64,000 nt of DNA. It comes from Bacteroidia bacterium (GTDB lineage: Bacteria; Bacteroidota; Bacteroidia; Cytophagales; Cyclobacteriaceae). Positions 38,444-47,363 of this stretch are shown here, one piece after another. Under the pieces are notes generated by a model. That model had not been told where the DNA came from. It saw only the letters and a list, made by a program, of their open reading frames with translations, and ran no database searches. Position 1 is the stretch's first letter. Each line of letters starts with the position of its first letter. Location of the stretch: the NCBI GenBank assembly GCA_030426345.1, contig JAUHYU010000013.1, positions 1,286 through 65,285 on the forward strand. Direction: 5' to 3'. A program made the translations under genes and the position numbers.

Positions 38444-39688
38444 TTATAATACTGCATCTAAATCTTTTAAATCGGTATTTAAAACTTTTTGTATGATAGG
38501 CTCCAATTCCTTTACAGAACCTTGAATGTGCAGGGTAGTATGTGTGTGGGTCATGGATTTTTGAGGCTTTAGAAACGCGGCAGGAGAAGAACTCTCCAAC
38601 TCATAAAACGGCCCCATAGCTTTTCCGTCAACCGGGCCATCATTGTAAGAATTTGCAGCGTCACCGGCAAAAGGTGCTTCCTGCAGTTCCCACATGGAAT
38701 TCACATAGTCTGTGACGCCCTCAGGCTTTGAAAAATGTACAAGGGTCAACACTTCATTTTTGGCATCATAGCTTCCCATAAATGGCAAAGCCCTTTTTGG
38801 GTTCAACCCAATCTTGCTGCGGTATTTGCCATCGCCACTAAAAAACAGAACGCCATCGCCAATGATCAGCCTGTCTTCTGGAACCTTACCAAAATAGGTG
38901 TCATTGACAGTCGGGCCAAGTTCTGACTCATCTCCTTCGACAAAAGGAATGATGATCTTAGTCTCAGGAGATGGATTGTACATCCCAAGAATCCAAATGG
39001 ACAACGCGCCTGTTTCTTTGTCCCATGGATTTTGACCCGTATTTGTAATCGTATTTTCAGATTGATAGGCAACCATGTTCAAGTCTTTCGACAGATCAAG
39101 CCCCAACTGACCAGCCACTTCTTTCATGGATAAAAGACGGATTTTACGATCTACTTTTATATTAAAGCCTGTACCACTATAATTCTCAATTTCAAATTCC
39201 TTTTCAAAAACTACTTCCTTATTATTTTTTGAAACAACATCAAAAGGTTCAGAATCAATAACTGCCGGCGTTTGCCAATCATCAAAAACAAACTCGCTCC
39301 CCGGTTTGAAATAAATGGAAAATTGTCCTCCTTCCGGTCCAAGCCAAAATCGATCTTCACCGCCGACAGGATTGATGTGCGGAAGGTTTTCCCCAGATTC
39401 AATCAAATCATAATTGAGCCAGCCGTAGCTCAACCCGGCTTCTCCACCCGAACTGCTCGTCATTACCCGGCCTTGATATGCCGGGCAAATGGCCAACTGA
39501 GCATCACCATCCTTGAGCAGTATGGTTTCCTGATGTTTGGATAAAAATTCGGCATCATAACCAAAAGTACCTTTGGCAGGAGCAATAGATTGTTCTTTAT
39601 CCTTTTTCGGTTGGCAACCAAAAAATACCACAACACTCAATAGTACGACCAACACTGTTTTGCCTTTATACAAATACATATTTTTCAT
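38444..39688 (-). CDS. hypothetical lipoprotein, family not recognised
   Basis: 414 aa with lipobox VVFFGC and a conserved-looking GGEDRFWLGPEGGQFSIYF. The start lies 2 nt after the sulfatase stop, so the two are probably co-transcribed. Confidence 0.55.
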   Translation of the reverse strand: MKNMYLYKGKTVLVVLLSVVVFFGCQPKKDKEQSIAPAKGTFGYDAEFLSKHQETILLKDGDAQLAICPAYQGRVMTSSSGGEAGLSYGWLNYDLIESGENLPHINPVGGEDRFWLGPEGGQFSIYFKPGSEFVFDDWQTPAVIDSEPFDVVSKNNKEVVFEKEFEIENYSGTGFNIKVDRKIRLLSMKEVAGQLGLDLSKDLNMVAYQSENTITNTGQNPWDKETGALSIWILGMYNPSPETKIIIPFVEGDESELGPTVNDTYFGKVPEDRLIIGDGVLFFSGDGKYRSKIGLNPKRALPFMGSYDAKNEVLTLVHFSKPEGVTDYVNSMWELQEAPFAGDAANSYNDGPVDGKAMGPFYELESSSPAAFLKPQKSMTHTHTTLHIQGSVKELEPIIQKVLNTDLKDLDAVL

Positions 39689-39690
39689 TT

Positions 39691-41466
39691 TTAATTTGAT
39701 ACAATTTTAACCAGTTCTAGCCCTTTTACCTCCCCTACTGCTCCATTGGAAATTTGTCCGGCCCTCAAAACAATCCTTTGGTTTCCTTTTAGTACTGCCA
39801 GTTTTCCCAGATCCAGTTTGGCCCATGGTTTTTCATATACTTCTATGCGTTTTATCCTGTCAGGGCTAGGCAGGTACTCAGGATCATACGCCTTTTGAAT
39901 TTGCCCATGCGCACTGGAACCTAAAGTACTAACCTCCAGATCGGCCCCTAAATTTTCTTTCGGGCAACTGTACAACAAGTGCAACCTATACTCCGTGGGC
40001 TGATCTACCACCACATCCCAATAAATAGAATCCGAAGTATTTACCCAATTGACCAGCCAGTCATGCGCCCAGCCATGCCCTTCCTTAAATCTTATATCAC
40101 CCGAAAACCCAGACTCATGCGCCGGCAAATATGTGTTTTTTTCAGCATCAAAACCAATTTGAATTGCATCATCCGGCTTATAATCTTTGGTTACACCATC
40201 AATCCAATTACCATAAGCGGTCGCCAATGATCGCATCATTTCTTTGTTTTTCATGGAAATATCATGCTTTTGGCCTGGATCATTTTGCATATCAAACAGC
40301 ATGGTGTCGCCATTTTCTATCACCATTCTATATTGATCAGATCGAGTGGCACCATCCGGAATGATCACTTCTCTTGACTTTTTCGAAAAGAATAATCGCT
40401 GTGGAAAAGCCATTGAATCTCCATGAATCAAGGGGCTCAAATCCCTACCATCCAATGGCAGGGTTTCGGGAGGGTCGAGATTGCACAAGCTCACCAATGT
40501 TGGCAAAATGTCAATATGGCCAGCGATCTGGGATATGGATTTTTGAGGGATTTTACCCTCCCAATTGATGAAGCAAGGCACACGCACGCCTCCTTCGTGA
40601 ATGCTTCCTTTCACACCACGCATACCGCCATTGAAACGTTGTCCATTCGGCCCGTTGTCCGTCATGAAAATCACGATCGTGTTTTCCTCCAATTGAAGCT
40701 CCTTCAGCTTTTCATGGATTTTACCCACATTATCATCAATATTTTCACACATACCATAGACTGCGGCATCCTTATCATTAAAACCCAACTTTTTGTATTT
40801 GTCAAAATACTGATCCGGCACCTGAAACGGCCCGTGCGGTGCATTGAAAGGAATGTAGCAGAAAAAAGGATCGTCCTTATTTTTCTCAATAAAATTAATG
40901 GCCTCCCTTGTCAATACATCTGTGATATATCCATCGGTAGGAAATGGCTCACCGTTGTGTTCGAGTGTGGTAGAAAAATAGTTGTTCCAATGCCCAGCGC
41001 AGAAGCCAACAAACTCCTCAAACCCCTGCTGGTTGGGATGCTGAGGATAATGTGCGCCATTATGCCACTTGCCAAAACAGCCGGTTTTGTAACCCTGCGA
41101 CTGGAAAATTTCTCCGAGTGTAATTTCGCTTGGGTTCATATTTTCCAGACCTTTGCTTACCCATGATGTGCCTGTTCGAAGGTAATACCTTCCTGTCAGC
41201 AAACTGGCTCGGGTTGGCGCGCAAAGCGGACTGACATAGAACCGATCAAACTGAATACCCCTTGCTGCCATCTGATCGATATTTGGGGTAGAAAGCCTCT
41301 CATTTCCATGAATCCCCAAATCCCCCCATCCTTGGTCATCGGTGAGAATGAGGACGACATTTGGCCGATTTGGTTTTAGAGTGTTATCAGGTTTTGGGCT
41401 GTTGCAGCCAATATAAAGGCCAACAAAAAACATGATAAAAAGGGTGTTGAACAATGGATTTGTCAT
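39691..41466 (-). CDS. arylsulfatase-family (S1) sulfatase with extra C-terminal domain
   Basis: VVLILTDDQGWGD and the FGly motif SPLCAPTRASLLTGR. The ORF-track start at 41550 is an over-extension; the ATG at 41466 gives MTNPLFNTLFIMFFVGLYIGC. About 130 extra aa follow the catalytic domain. Confidence 0.88.
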   Translation of the reverse strand: MTNPLFNTLFIMFFVGLYIGCNSPKPDNTLKPNRPNVVLILTDDQGWGDLGIHGNERLSTPNIDQMAARGIQFDRFYVSPLCAPTRASLLTGRYYLRTGTSWVSKGLENMNPSEITLGEIFQSQGYKTGCFGKWHNGAHYPQHPNQQGFEEFVGFCAGHWNNYFSTTLEHNGEPFPTDGYITDVLTREAINFIEKNKDDPFFCYIPFNAPHGPFQVPDQYFDKYKKLGFNDKDAAVYGMCENIDDNVGKIHEKLKELQLEENTIVIFMTDNGPNGQRFNGGMRGVKGSIHEGGVRVPCFINWEGKIPQKSISQIAGHIDILPTLVSLCNLDPPETLPLDGRDLSPLIHGDSMAFPQRLFFSKKSREVIIPDGATRSDQYRMVIENGDTMLFDMQNDPGQKHDISMKNKEMMRSLATAYGNWIDGVTKDYKPDDAIQIGFDAEKNTYLPAHESGFSGDIRFKEGHGWAHDWLVNWVNTSDSIYWDVVVDQPTEYRLHLLYSCPKENLGADLEVSTLGSSAHGQIQKAYDPEYLPSPDRIKRIEVYEKPWAKLDLGKLAVLKGNQRIVLRAGQISNGAVGEVKGLELVKIVSN

Positions 41467-41543
41467 ATGGCAGTAGTGAATAAAAATAATATCCAAATTG
41501 CAAATAACAAAGCACAAACAAACATCAAGGCTCAAAAAAACAA

Positions 41544-41587
41544 AACACAAACCTTAGTCAGCTTGGCAGCTGACTAAGGTTTGTGTT
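41544..41587 (-). terminator. very strong hairpin plus U-tract (intrinsic terminator)
   Basis: 17-19-bp perfect stem CACAAACCTTAGTCAGC/GCTGACTAAGGTTTGTG with a 6-nt loop. On the minus strand it is followed by TTGTTTTTTTGAG. Confidence 0.8.
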
Positions 41588-41832
41588 AATGTTTACCTAT
41601 CTGAAACCGCCACTTTGCTGTTTGCTCAACATCACACCAATTTGCATCTTATAGAAGAAACCGGAAGCCTTGGTATGAAAAAAGTGCAGGGAATTATTAT
41701 GGTGGAATACTGCTAACAGTCAGTATATGAAAAATAGGCGATTTCGAAGCATTAACCTTTCGGTGAAGCACACAGTATGATAAGAGCTAAAAACCTTGAT
41801 TTCATTCATATTTGACCTATTTTATCTATAAA

Positions 41833-42939
41833 TTAGCCATCTGGCATTTCTTTTATGTTGTATTGAATGTCCATTATTTTCAATCTTAACCAAGTCCATT
41901 TACCATTCTTCAATTTCCAACTTGCTTCGCACTCAATAGGTATTTTTATTCCATTCCTTTCTCTGGTTTTGGTGGCGGTTACAGTCCATTCGGTAGGTTC
42001 GGCATCATTTGAATCTTTATAACGCATTGCTACAAATTTTTCAAAATTTCCGTTTTCGTCAAAATGAAATTCGCCTGAACCTTTAGTTCCTTTATATTCC
42101 ATTATTGCTCTGGCAGAATGATCGCCTATAGTCTCCCAGTTTATATATTGGCTCAAAGAAGCTGAAGGAAACCAAACGATTTCTGCCAAATATCGTTGCA
42201 ATGTGGCTTGATTTGCCTTTTCGTCATTTTTTGCATTTGCAACTGGAATAAGCGAAAGAAGTTTAATTATCATCTCGCCTTTACCATCTTCAAATTTGTC
42301 TCTACCTACTACACTCAATATTGAGTTCATTTCAGTATTGATATTCCAATTGAACGCTGGCGGTTGAATAGTAAAATATTGCTCCGCCGTACCATTGTTC
42401 CAACTTGTTTGTTCAGGTTTTAGTTTGAGCTGAAGTTCTTGAACTAAATGTACGTTGGAAACCAATTGTTTACCGATTATCCCGCTATTGGTCAACCATT
42501 TTTGAACAATTGGTGGTAAATCAATCAATGCTTTTTCGGTAACAATTTCTTGGTTTTTGAGTTGCGAATTTTCGAATAGAGTGATTCTTTCTCCTTTGAT
42601 TTTGTGCTTAAAGTTGAAACTTGAATATCCAATAATTGTCGCTAATAGAATAATTACGTTTGCTATTGTACCAAATTTTGCATCAGACCAATAGTTAAAA
42701 ATCAATACCTGTGAAATAATCACAGCCAAAAAACCACTTAACCACCAATAATCCAGATGAACAAGTATTAAAATGATTGTAATGGCAAAAAGTAGAAAGG
42801 TCAAGAACCAAAATATTCCGTAAGTTTTTGAAATCGGTTGTGAAATCGCATTAAATTCAGATATGCCGAATGCTTTGAAAAATCCGAATAAATGGATAAT
42901 TCCGTGTACTCCTATCAATATGGTCAAAGCTATTCGCAT
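41833..42939 (-). CDS. membrane protein with C-terminal soluble domain (possibly DUF6544-like)
   Basis: 368 aa with four N-terminal TM helices (GVHGIIHLFGFFKAFG...), then LPPIVQKWL...LQRYLAEIVWFPSA. The family name is from recollection only. Confidence 0.5.
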   Translation of the reverse strand: MRIALTILIGVHGIIHLFGFFKAFGISEFNAISQPISKTYGIFWFLTFLLFAITIILILVHLDYWWLSGFLAVIISQVLIFNYWSDAKFGTIANVIILLATIIGYSSFNFKHKIKGERITLFENSQLKNQEIVTEKALIDLPPIVQKWLTNSGIIGKQLVSNVHLVQELQLKLKPEQTSWNNGTAEQYFTIQPPAFNWNINTEMNSILSVVGRDKFEDGKGEMIIKLLSLIPVANAKNDEKANQATLQRYLAEIVWFPSASLSQYINWETIGDHSARAIMEYKGTKGSGEFHFDENGNFEKFVAMRYKDSNDAEPTEWTVTATKTRERNGIKIPIECEASWKLKNGKWTWLRLKIMDIQYNIKEMPDG

Positions 42940-43168
42940 TGCCCTTTCTGCTTGTGGCTAACGGTTACGGCCATGTGTAGTGCGGGACTTTGAAACACTT
43001 CACTTTCAATACCACACTGAACCAATTCATTTATTCATATCTTCTTTTTTTATGCCAATCATCAAAGGCATATTGGCGGTGTTGCAACGAAGAACTGTGG
43101 TTGAATTACCCCGCTAAAACCCACATTGCATTTACACTTTGTCCTGCGGTCGTATTTTATTTCCAAAT

Positions 43169-44305
43169 TTAAAAACCATCAAATTTCTCAAAAGTTTTCC
43201 CATTAAATTTATAAATGTATCCAGCTGTATTCATCCCCGAGCAAAACCATAATTCTCCTTTACTATCTTTATAAATAATTTCAATTGAATTTTCGTGTAA
43301 TCCGTCCTTTGAAGTATAATTAATCATGTTGCTTCCATCATAAACCCAAACCCCCGAATTAACTGTTCCAAACCACATTCTGTCTTTATTATCTTGTTGT
43401 ATTGCCCACACTTGTGATAAGTTACCAGTCGTCAACGAAGTAAGATAGTTTGGATTATCAAGTTTTTTTTCTGCAGAAAAATTCTTCATATCCTTGCCAT
43501 CATAAAAATAAACACCACCACCATTGGCACCAAACCAATAGTTTCCATCTTTATCTTGAAAAAGACTACGAGTTGTTCCAGAACCAAATTTATTGGGATT
43601 AAAATAGGTGAAATCCTTTCCGTCAAACCCAACAACACCTCTGTTAAAAGTTCCTATCCAGACTTTATCGTCTTTGTCAGTATAAATTCTTGTAAACGGC
43701 AAATAAACCATAGGCGGAATATCGTCTCTTTCATATATATTGTCGCCATTCGGTATTGGAATGGCTAAGTAGTCAAGTTTTGTACCGTCATATCTTATGA
43801 TACCATTATTTCTTGCCTGAAAGTATAGGTAATTTGGACTGATTTTCCATTTTGCAGAAGAAGGAGTATTGAAATTTTCTTTGTTTTTCAATCCATCCCA
43901 TTCATCATTCATTTCAAAATTAGTGAATTTCAATCCATCAAAAAGGCAAATTCCACTGCCTGTTTGCATAAGTATATTTCCGTTTTTATCTTCCTGGATA
44001 TCTTGAACTTGATTGTAGGGTAATCCATCTGTTTCTGTAAAATAAGTGTAATTATTTCCATCAAATTTGCAAACACCATTTTTCTTCGTTCCAAACCAAT
44101 AATTTCCTTTACTATCTTCAAAAAATGAAATAATTCCGTTTTTGAATTGAAAGGTATCTGTTGTTCTCCCAAGGTTAGTTTGTGTCTCTATTTCTTCTTT
44201 AGTTTCCTTGTTTTCGTTGGTGTTCTTGCAAGAAAGTAAGCCGATTAGTAAAAAGAATATAAAGTTTATGGTCATAATTCTTTGATGAAAAAATGTCTTG
44301 CTCAT
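43169..44305 (-). CDS. stand-alone beta-propeller lipoprotein with two-component-regulator propeller (Reg_prop-like) repeats
   Basis: At least six repeats of the form G(N/K)YWFGT..GV..(F/Y)DG. Lipobox is LIGLLSC. The likely start is the ATG at 44305 (MSKTFFHQRIMTINF...). No kinase or HTH domain. Confidence 0.65.
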   Translation of the reverse strand: MSKTFFHQRIMTINFIFFLLIGLLSCKNTNENKETKEEIETQTNLGRTTDTFQFKNGIISFFEDSKGNYWFGTKKNGVCKFDGNNYTYFTETDGLPYNQVQDIQEDKNGNILMQTGSGICLFDGLKFTNFEMNDEWDGLKNKENFNTPSSAKWKISPNYLYFQARNNGIIRYDGTKLDYLAIPIPNGDNIYERDDIPPMVYLPFTRIYTDKDDKVWIGTFNRGVVGFDGKDFTYFNPNKFGSGTTRSLFQDKDGNYWFGANGGGVYFYDGKDMKNFSAEKKLDNPNYLTSLTTGNLSQVWAIQQDNKDRMWFGTVNSGVWVYDGSNMINYTSKDGLHENSIEIIYKDSKGELWFCSGMNTAGYIYKFNGKTFEKFDGF

Positions 44306-44576
44306 TATGTTACTTTGTTTGATAGTGTGCTTCATATGAAGCACAACGCTTCAGCGATGAACAGTACTGGAGCAAACTAGTATTTGCTTTCCGCCACTCA
44401 CATAGCAAAATCTTTTTGTTTTTTTCTTTGTCCCGCTTAAAAGCGAAACCCAAAAGATTTTGTAGACTTCATAAAAATACACAAACCTTTCGATTAAGCC
44501 CGAAACCCGTATTGTTTATGGGTGTTGTTTTGGGTAGTATTTTCATACATCTAGCAGACTTTTATTTTAAGGTTAA

Positions 44577-44960
44577 TTACTTTTCTGACGAAGACTTCTT
44601 ATTAAAAAATAAAACAACTATCGCATAGATTATACAAAAAGGAAATACTAACATAATCATTGGAAGTCCAGCAGCTAAAGGGTCTTTAGCCAGAAATACA
44701 TTTAATAACCCTAAGCCAATAACAGCTGGATATAGCCAAAACACCCAATTTTTATATTTCTTTAAGTGCTTATTCAATGTTAAAACAATTGCTGGGGCGA
44801 TAAGAGGAATTTGAGTACTAATTACTGTTATAAGCTCTGGAAGTAAAGATTCAGCAAAAGCAAATCCTTTGCTGATTCGAATAGCATGATAGATGCCATA
44901 TACAAGAAAGGTTAAGGACAAAAGGCCTCCAAAGATGCCTGCTATTTTGTTTTGTTGCAT
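44577..44960 (-). CDS. small integral membrane protein, unknown function
   Basis: 127 aa with about four hydrophobic helices. No family recognised. Confidence 0.45.
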   Translation of the reverse strand: MQQNKIAGIFGGLLSLTFLVYGIYHAIRISKGFAFAESLLPELITVISTQIPLIAPAIVLTLNKHLKKYKNWVFWLYPAVIGLGLLNVFLAKDPLAAGLPMIMLVFPFCIIYAIVVLFFNKKSSSEK

Positions 44961-45000
44961 AGCGATTCCATTTAGTTTTTATATTAACTACAACATACGA

Positions 45001-45020
45001 CTAAACCCAATTGGGTTTAG
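45001..45020. repeat. short palindrome CTAAACCCAATTGGGTTTAG, a degenerate relative of the motif
   Basis: 8-bp perfect arms. The arm sequence resembles the CTAAAACCCATG variants. Confidence 0.5.
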
Positions 45021-45080
45021 CTACATTATATCTTTCATTCACTAGTCTATGGAATAATTTCAAACATTTCGAGTCGCTTT

Positions 45081-45119
45081 CATGGATTTTAAGTGCATTA
45101 AAGCCTTCAAAATCCATGG
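45081..45119. repeat. inverted pair of motif (CATGGATTTTAAGTGC...AAAGCCTTCAAAATCCATGG)
   Basis: Lies immediately downstream of the DUF418 stop at 45120. Confidence 0.8.
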
Positions 45120-46379
45120 TTATTTGAAACTATTGTAGGTGAGTTTTCTCCACAGCCATTCGAGCGGGCCTTGTTTATATCTTTTCATCCAAAGCCAGCT
45201 AAGGGTAATTTGAATTGTCCAGATGATCACGACAATCCCCAACAATTCAAACCTCGAATAGTGATTGAATTTGGCCAATCCATAACCATAAAATATCAAG
45301 CCCATCAAAATATTTTGAAAAATGTAATTCGTAAGTGCCATTCTGCCTATGGTAGAAACAATCTTAAACTGGACGCTCTGCAGATACTTTTGATAAATGC
45401 CATTAAAAACCATGATATAGGCAATTCCTAAAATCTCCTTTGGAAATGTGAAAATCCACCCTTTCCAAATGCTCAGAACCGGATCGAAATATGCATAGGT
45501 CCATTGATAATATCGGAAATAGTTTATCGTCAATCCGAGGGTCAATAGTCCCAAACTTATGAACCAATAGTATTTCCAAACATGGTAATCTGCAAAAATC
45601 CCCGACCTGTAAAGCACAATGCCCAGAATCATGGCGATCAATGATGGAAACAGTAACCCCTGATAATATAAAAGCCCCTTGTGCGCACTGGCGTGTTCAT
45701 ACGTCTCTTTGAGACCGGATAGATAGGTTTCCTTCGGCATAGCGACCTGAGAAGTATCTGGTGCTTTTTTGATCAACTTGTCCTGCCAAAATTCAATTTT
45801 CTTGATATCCTCCGCTGCCCTCATATTTTCGGGAATTTTACTTGCACTGACAAATTCTTTCAGCCAACCTTGTTTGCGCATGGTCAGTTCATAGGATTTA
45901 ATCAATTGGAGGGAACAAAGCAAAACAACTACCAGGAGCAGGTTTTTATTTCCAATAGACCGAAAAGGAAATAACAGCAGGCCGCAAATGGCATAATGAT
46001 AAAGAACATCTCCCGACCAAATAAAATAAGCGTGAACAATGCCAATCACGAAAAGCCAAAGCAATCTTCTTGCATAGATATCCATGGCTTGTAGTCCTAT
46101 ATTCTTTTTCTCCAGGCGTTCCAAAAAAATGTAAAAACCAACCCCAAACAGCAAAGCAAACATATTATAGAATTTCCCCTGGGTCAAAAAATAAACCCAG
46201 AACCGGGTAGCATGATCAATCGAACTGTCAAACCCGAACTTCCACGGGCTCCATGGATCAGGATAGGCAAAACTCTCGATATTGATAAACAGTATGCCAA
46301 GTATGGCTATTCCCCTCAGGAAATCCAGTGATGGGATCCTTTCTGACTTTTGGGTGGGTTTTATGGAATTTTGAGGCAT
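45120..46379 (-). CDS. DUF418 (YeiB-like) membrane protein
   Basis: RIPSLDFLRGIAILGILFINIESF at the N-terminus, polytopic, with the C-terminal GPLEWLWRKLTY typical of DUF418. Confidence 0.8.
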   Translation of the reverse strand: MPQNSIKPTQKSERIPSLDFLRGIAILGILFINIESFAYPDPWSPWKFGFDSSIDHATRFWVYFLTQGKFYNMFALLFGVGFYIFLERLEKKNIGLQAMDIYARRLLWLFVIGIVHAYFIWSGDVLYHYAICGLLLFPFRSIGNKNLLLVVVLLCSLQLIKSYELTMRKQGWLKEFVSASKIPENMRAAEDIKKIEFWQDKLIKKAPDTSQVAMPKETYLSGLKETYEHASAHKGLLYYQGLLFPSLIAMILGIVLYRSGIFADYHVWKYYWFISLGLLTLGLTINYFRYYQWTYAYFDPVLSIWKGWIFTFPKEILGIAYIMVFNGIYQKYLQSVQFKIVSTIGRMALTNYIFQNILMGLIFYGYGLAKFNHYSRFELLGIVVIIWTIQITLSWLWMKRYKQGPLEWLWRKLTYNSFK

Positions 46380-46451
46380 TTTAATTGTTTACGAATGGTT
46401 AGGTCTTTTAAGCCACATGAAATTGATTACATATCGTTGGAAGTCCTAGTT

Positions 46452-47216
46452 TCATATTCTAATTTCATCCAAAATAAACGAGTTTTTTGATTTTGTCAGT
46501 TTAATTAATTCTACATTTCTATAGTTTAACTTTAGAAGTCTATTTTTTATAGCATCAGAATTAATTGGACAATTACACCCAAGGATAATTTCAGAAACAC
46601 TATCAGGATGAATTGATACAATTCCATTGCAATCAATAGAAGAAGTTTCTTCGAAGGTTCTCAAACGAATCTCTTTTTCATATTTCCAAATCTTGGATTT
46701 TGTATTGATCAAATACTCCAATGCATCCATCTCGTTCTTGCAATAATCCTTTTTATTGAAATTCTTTTTATACTTTACTTCAGAAGGACTAAAACCAAAT
46801 GTCTTACGAAGTCCATTGTAATTAAAACCAATACAAACACCTTTATGGAAATTAGCATAATGTGACCACATTAAATTTTCCTTATATGTTTTACTAAAGC
46901 ATGATATCCATAGTGTTTTTATTGCTGCATCAAAAACCGATTTTGTGTCTTTATTATCAAATGTATAAGTGTTTTTCTTCAAAGAATCAATTAATTCTGG
47001 TGTCGACGATTCCCTTTCTGATTCATCCAACATTAATATTCGTTTGTCTAAATGCTCTTTTAAAAACTCCTCAGTAACTTCAAACTTTAACAATTCTTCA
47101 TAACAATCAAAAGGGTCATTAAAATCTTGAGGATGAGAAAATTTTAAGGTCTTATTCAGGATTACTCTTAAGGCATCTTTTACTGGTAGGTATTTATAGA
47201 TGATGATATTTTTCAT
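46452..47216 (-). CDS. DUF2971 family protein
   Basis: YKYLPVKDALRVILNKTLKFSHPQDFNDPFDC matches the DUF2971 N-terminal signature as I recall it. The gene is visibly AT-richer than its neighbours. Confidence 0.65.
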   Translation of the reverse strand: MKNIIIYKYLPVKDALRVILNKTLKFSHPQDFNDPFDCYEELLKFEVTEEFLKEHLDKRILMLDESERESSTPELIDSLKKNTYTFDNKDTKSVFDAAIKTLWISCFSKTYKENLMWSHYANFHKGVCIGFNYNGLRKTFGFSPSEVKYKKNFNKKDYCKNEMDALEYLINTKSKIWKYEKEIRLRTFEETSSIDCNGIVSIHPDSVSEIILGCNCPINSDAIKNRLLKLNYRNVELIKLTKSKNSFILDEIRI

Positions 47217-47343
47217 TGAAATTGTCTGATGTTTTCTATCTCCCTAATAATTGAATACAGGAGTATTTACCTGTGTCATAACCAATTCAAATCTATGAAA
47301 TAATCCTGTGGTCGGACAGGCATAAAAGGATATTTCACTCCTA

Positions 47344-47363
47344 AAAGCATCTAAAATCCATGA
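47344..47363. repeat. single copy of motif (AAAGCATCTAAAATCCATGA)
   Basis: Lies in the divergent region between the DUF2971 gene and sulfatase 47493. Confidence 0.8.

Noticed and set aside
39691-41550. ORF-track N-terminal extension of the sulfatase (MCFVFLSLDVCLCF...). Similar extensions occur at 3317..4051 and 3999..5195. TTG-initiated starts are listed at 8173, 13464 and 15385.
   Set aside because: The extensions overlap neighbouring genes or terminator and intergenic sequence. Internal ATGs give proper signal peptides or conserved N-termini, so the starts were moved accordingly.
42990-43172. 60-aa ORF in the 42940-43168 spacer, and a 70-aa ORF at 44416..44628 in the next spacer. Both were considered as possible small genes.
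   Set aside because: Neither has a recognisable domain. Both have odd composition, the first lacks an ATG start (its first codon is TTG), and the second overlaps a neighbouring gene on the other strand. There is not enough support to call either one.
41551-45119. Possible integron-like cassette array (CALIN): several same-strand orphan ORFs, each followed by a 160-280-nt structured spacer, with GTTAGCC 16 nt upstream of the ATG at 42939.
   Set aside because: I could not find paired R''/R' core sites (RYYYAAC ... GTTRRRY) or the imperfect attC-type palindrome in any spacer. GTTAGCC does not fit GTTRRRY, the spacers share only short patchy similarity, and no integrase is present. A covariance-model attC scan would be needed to revive the idea.
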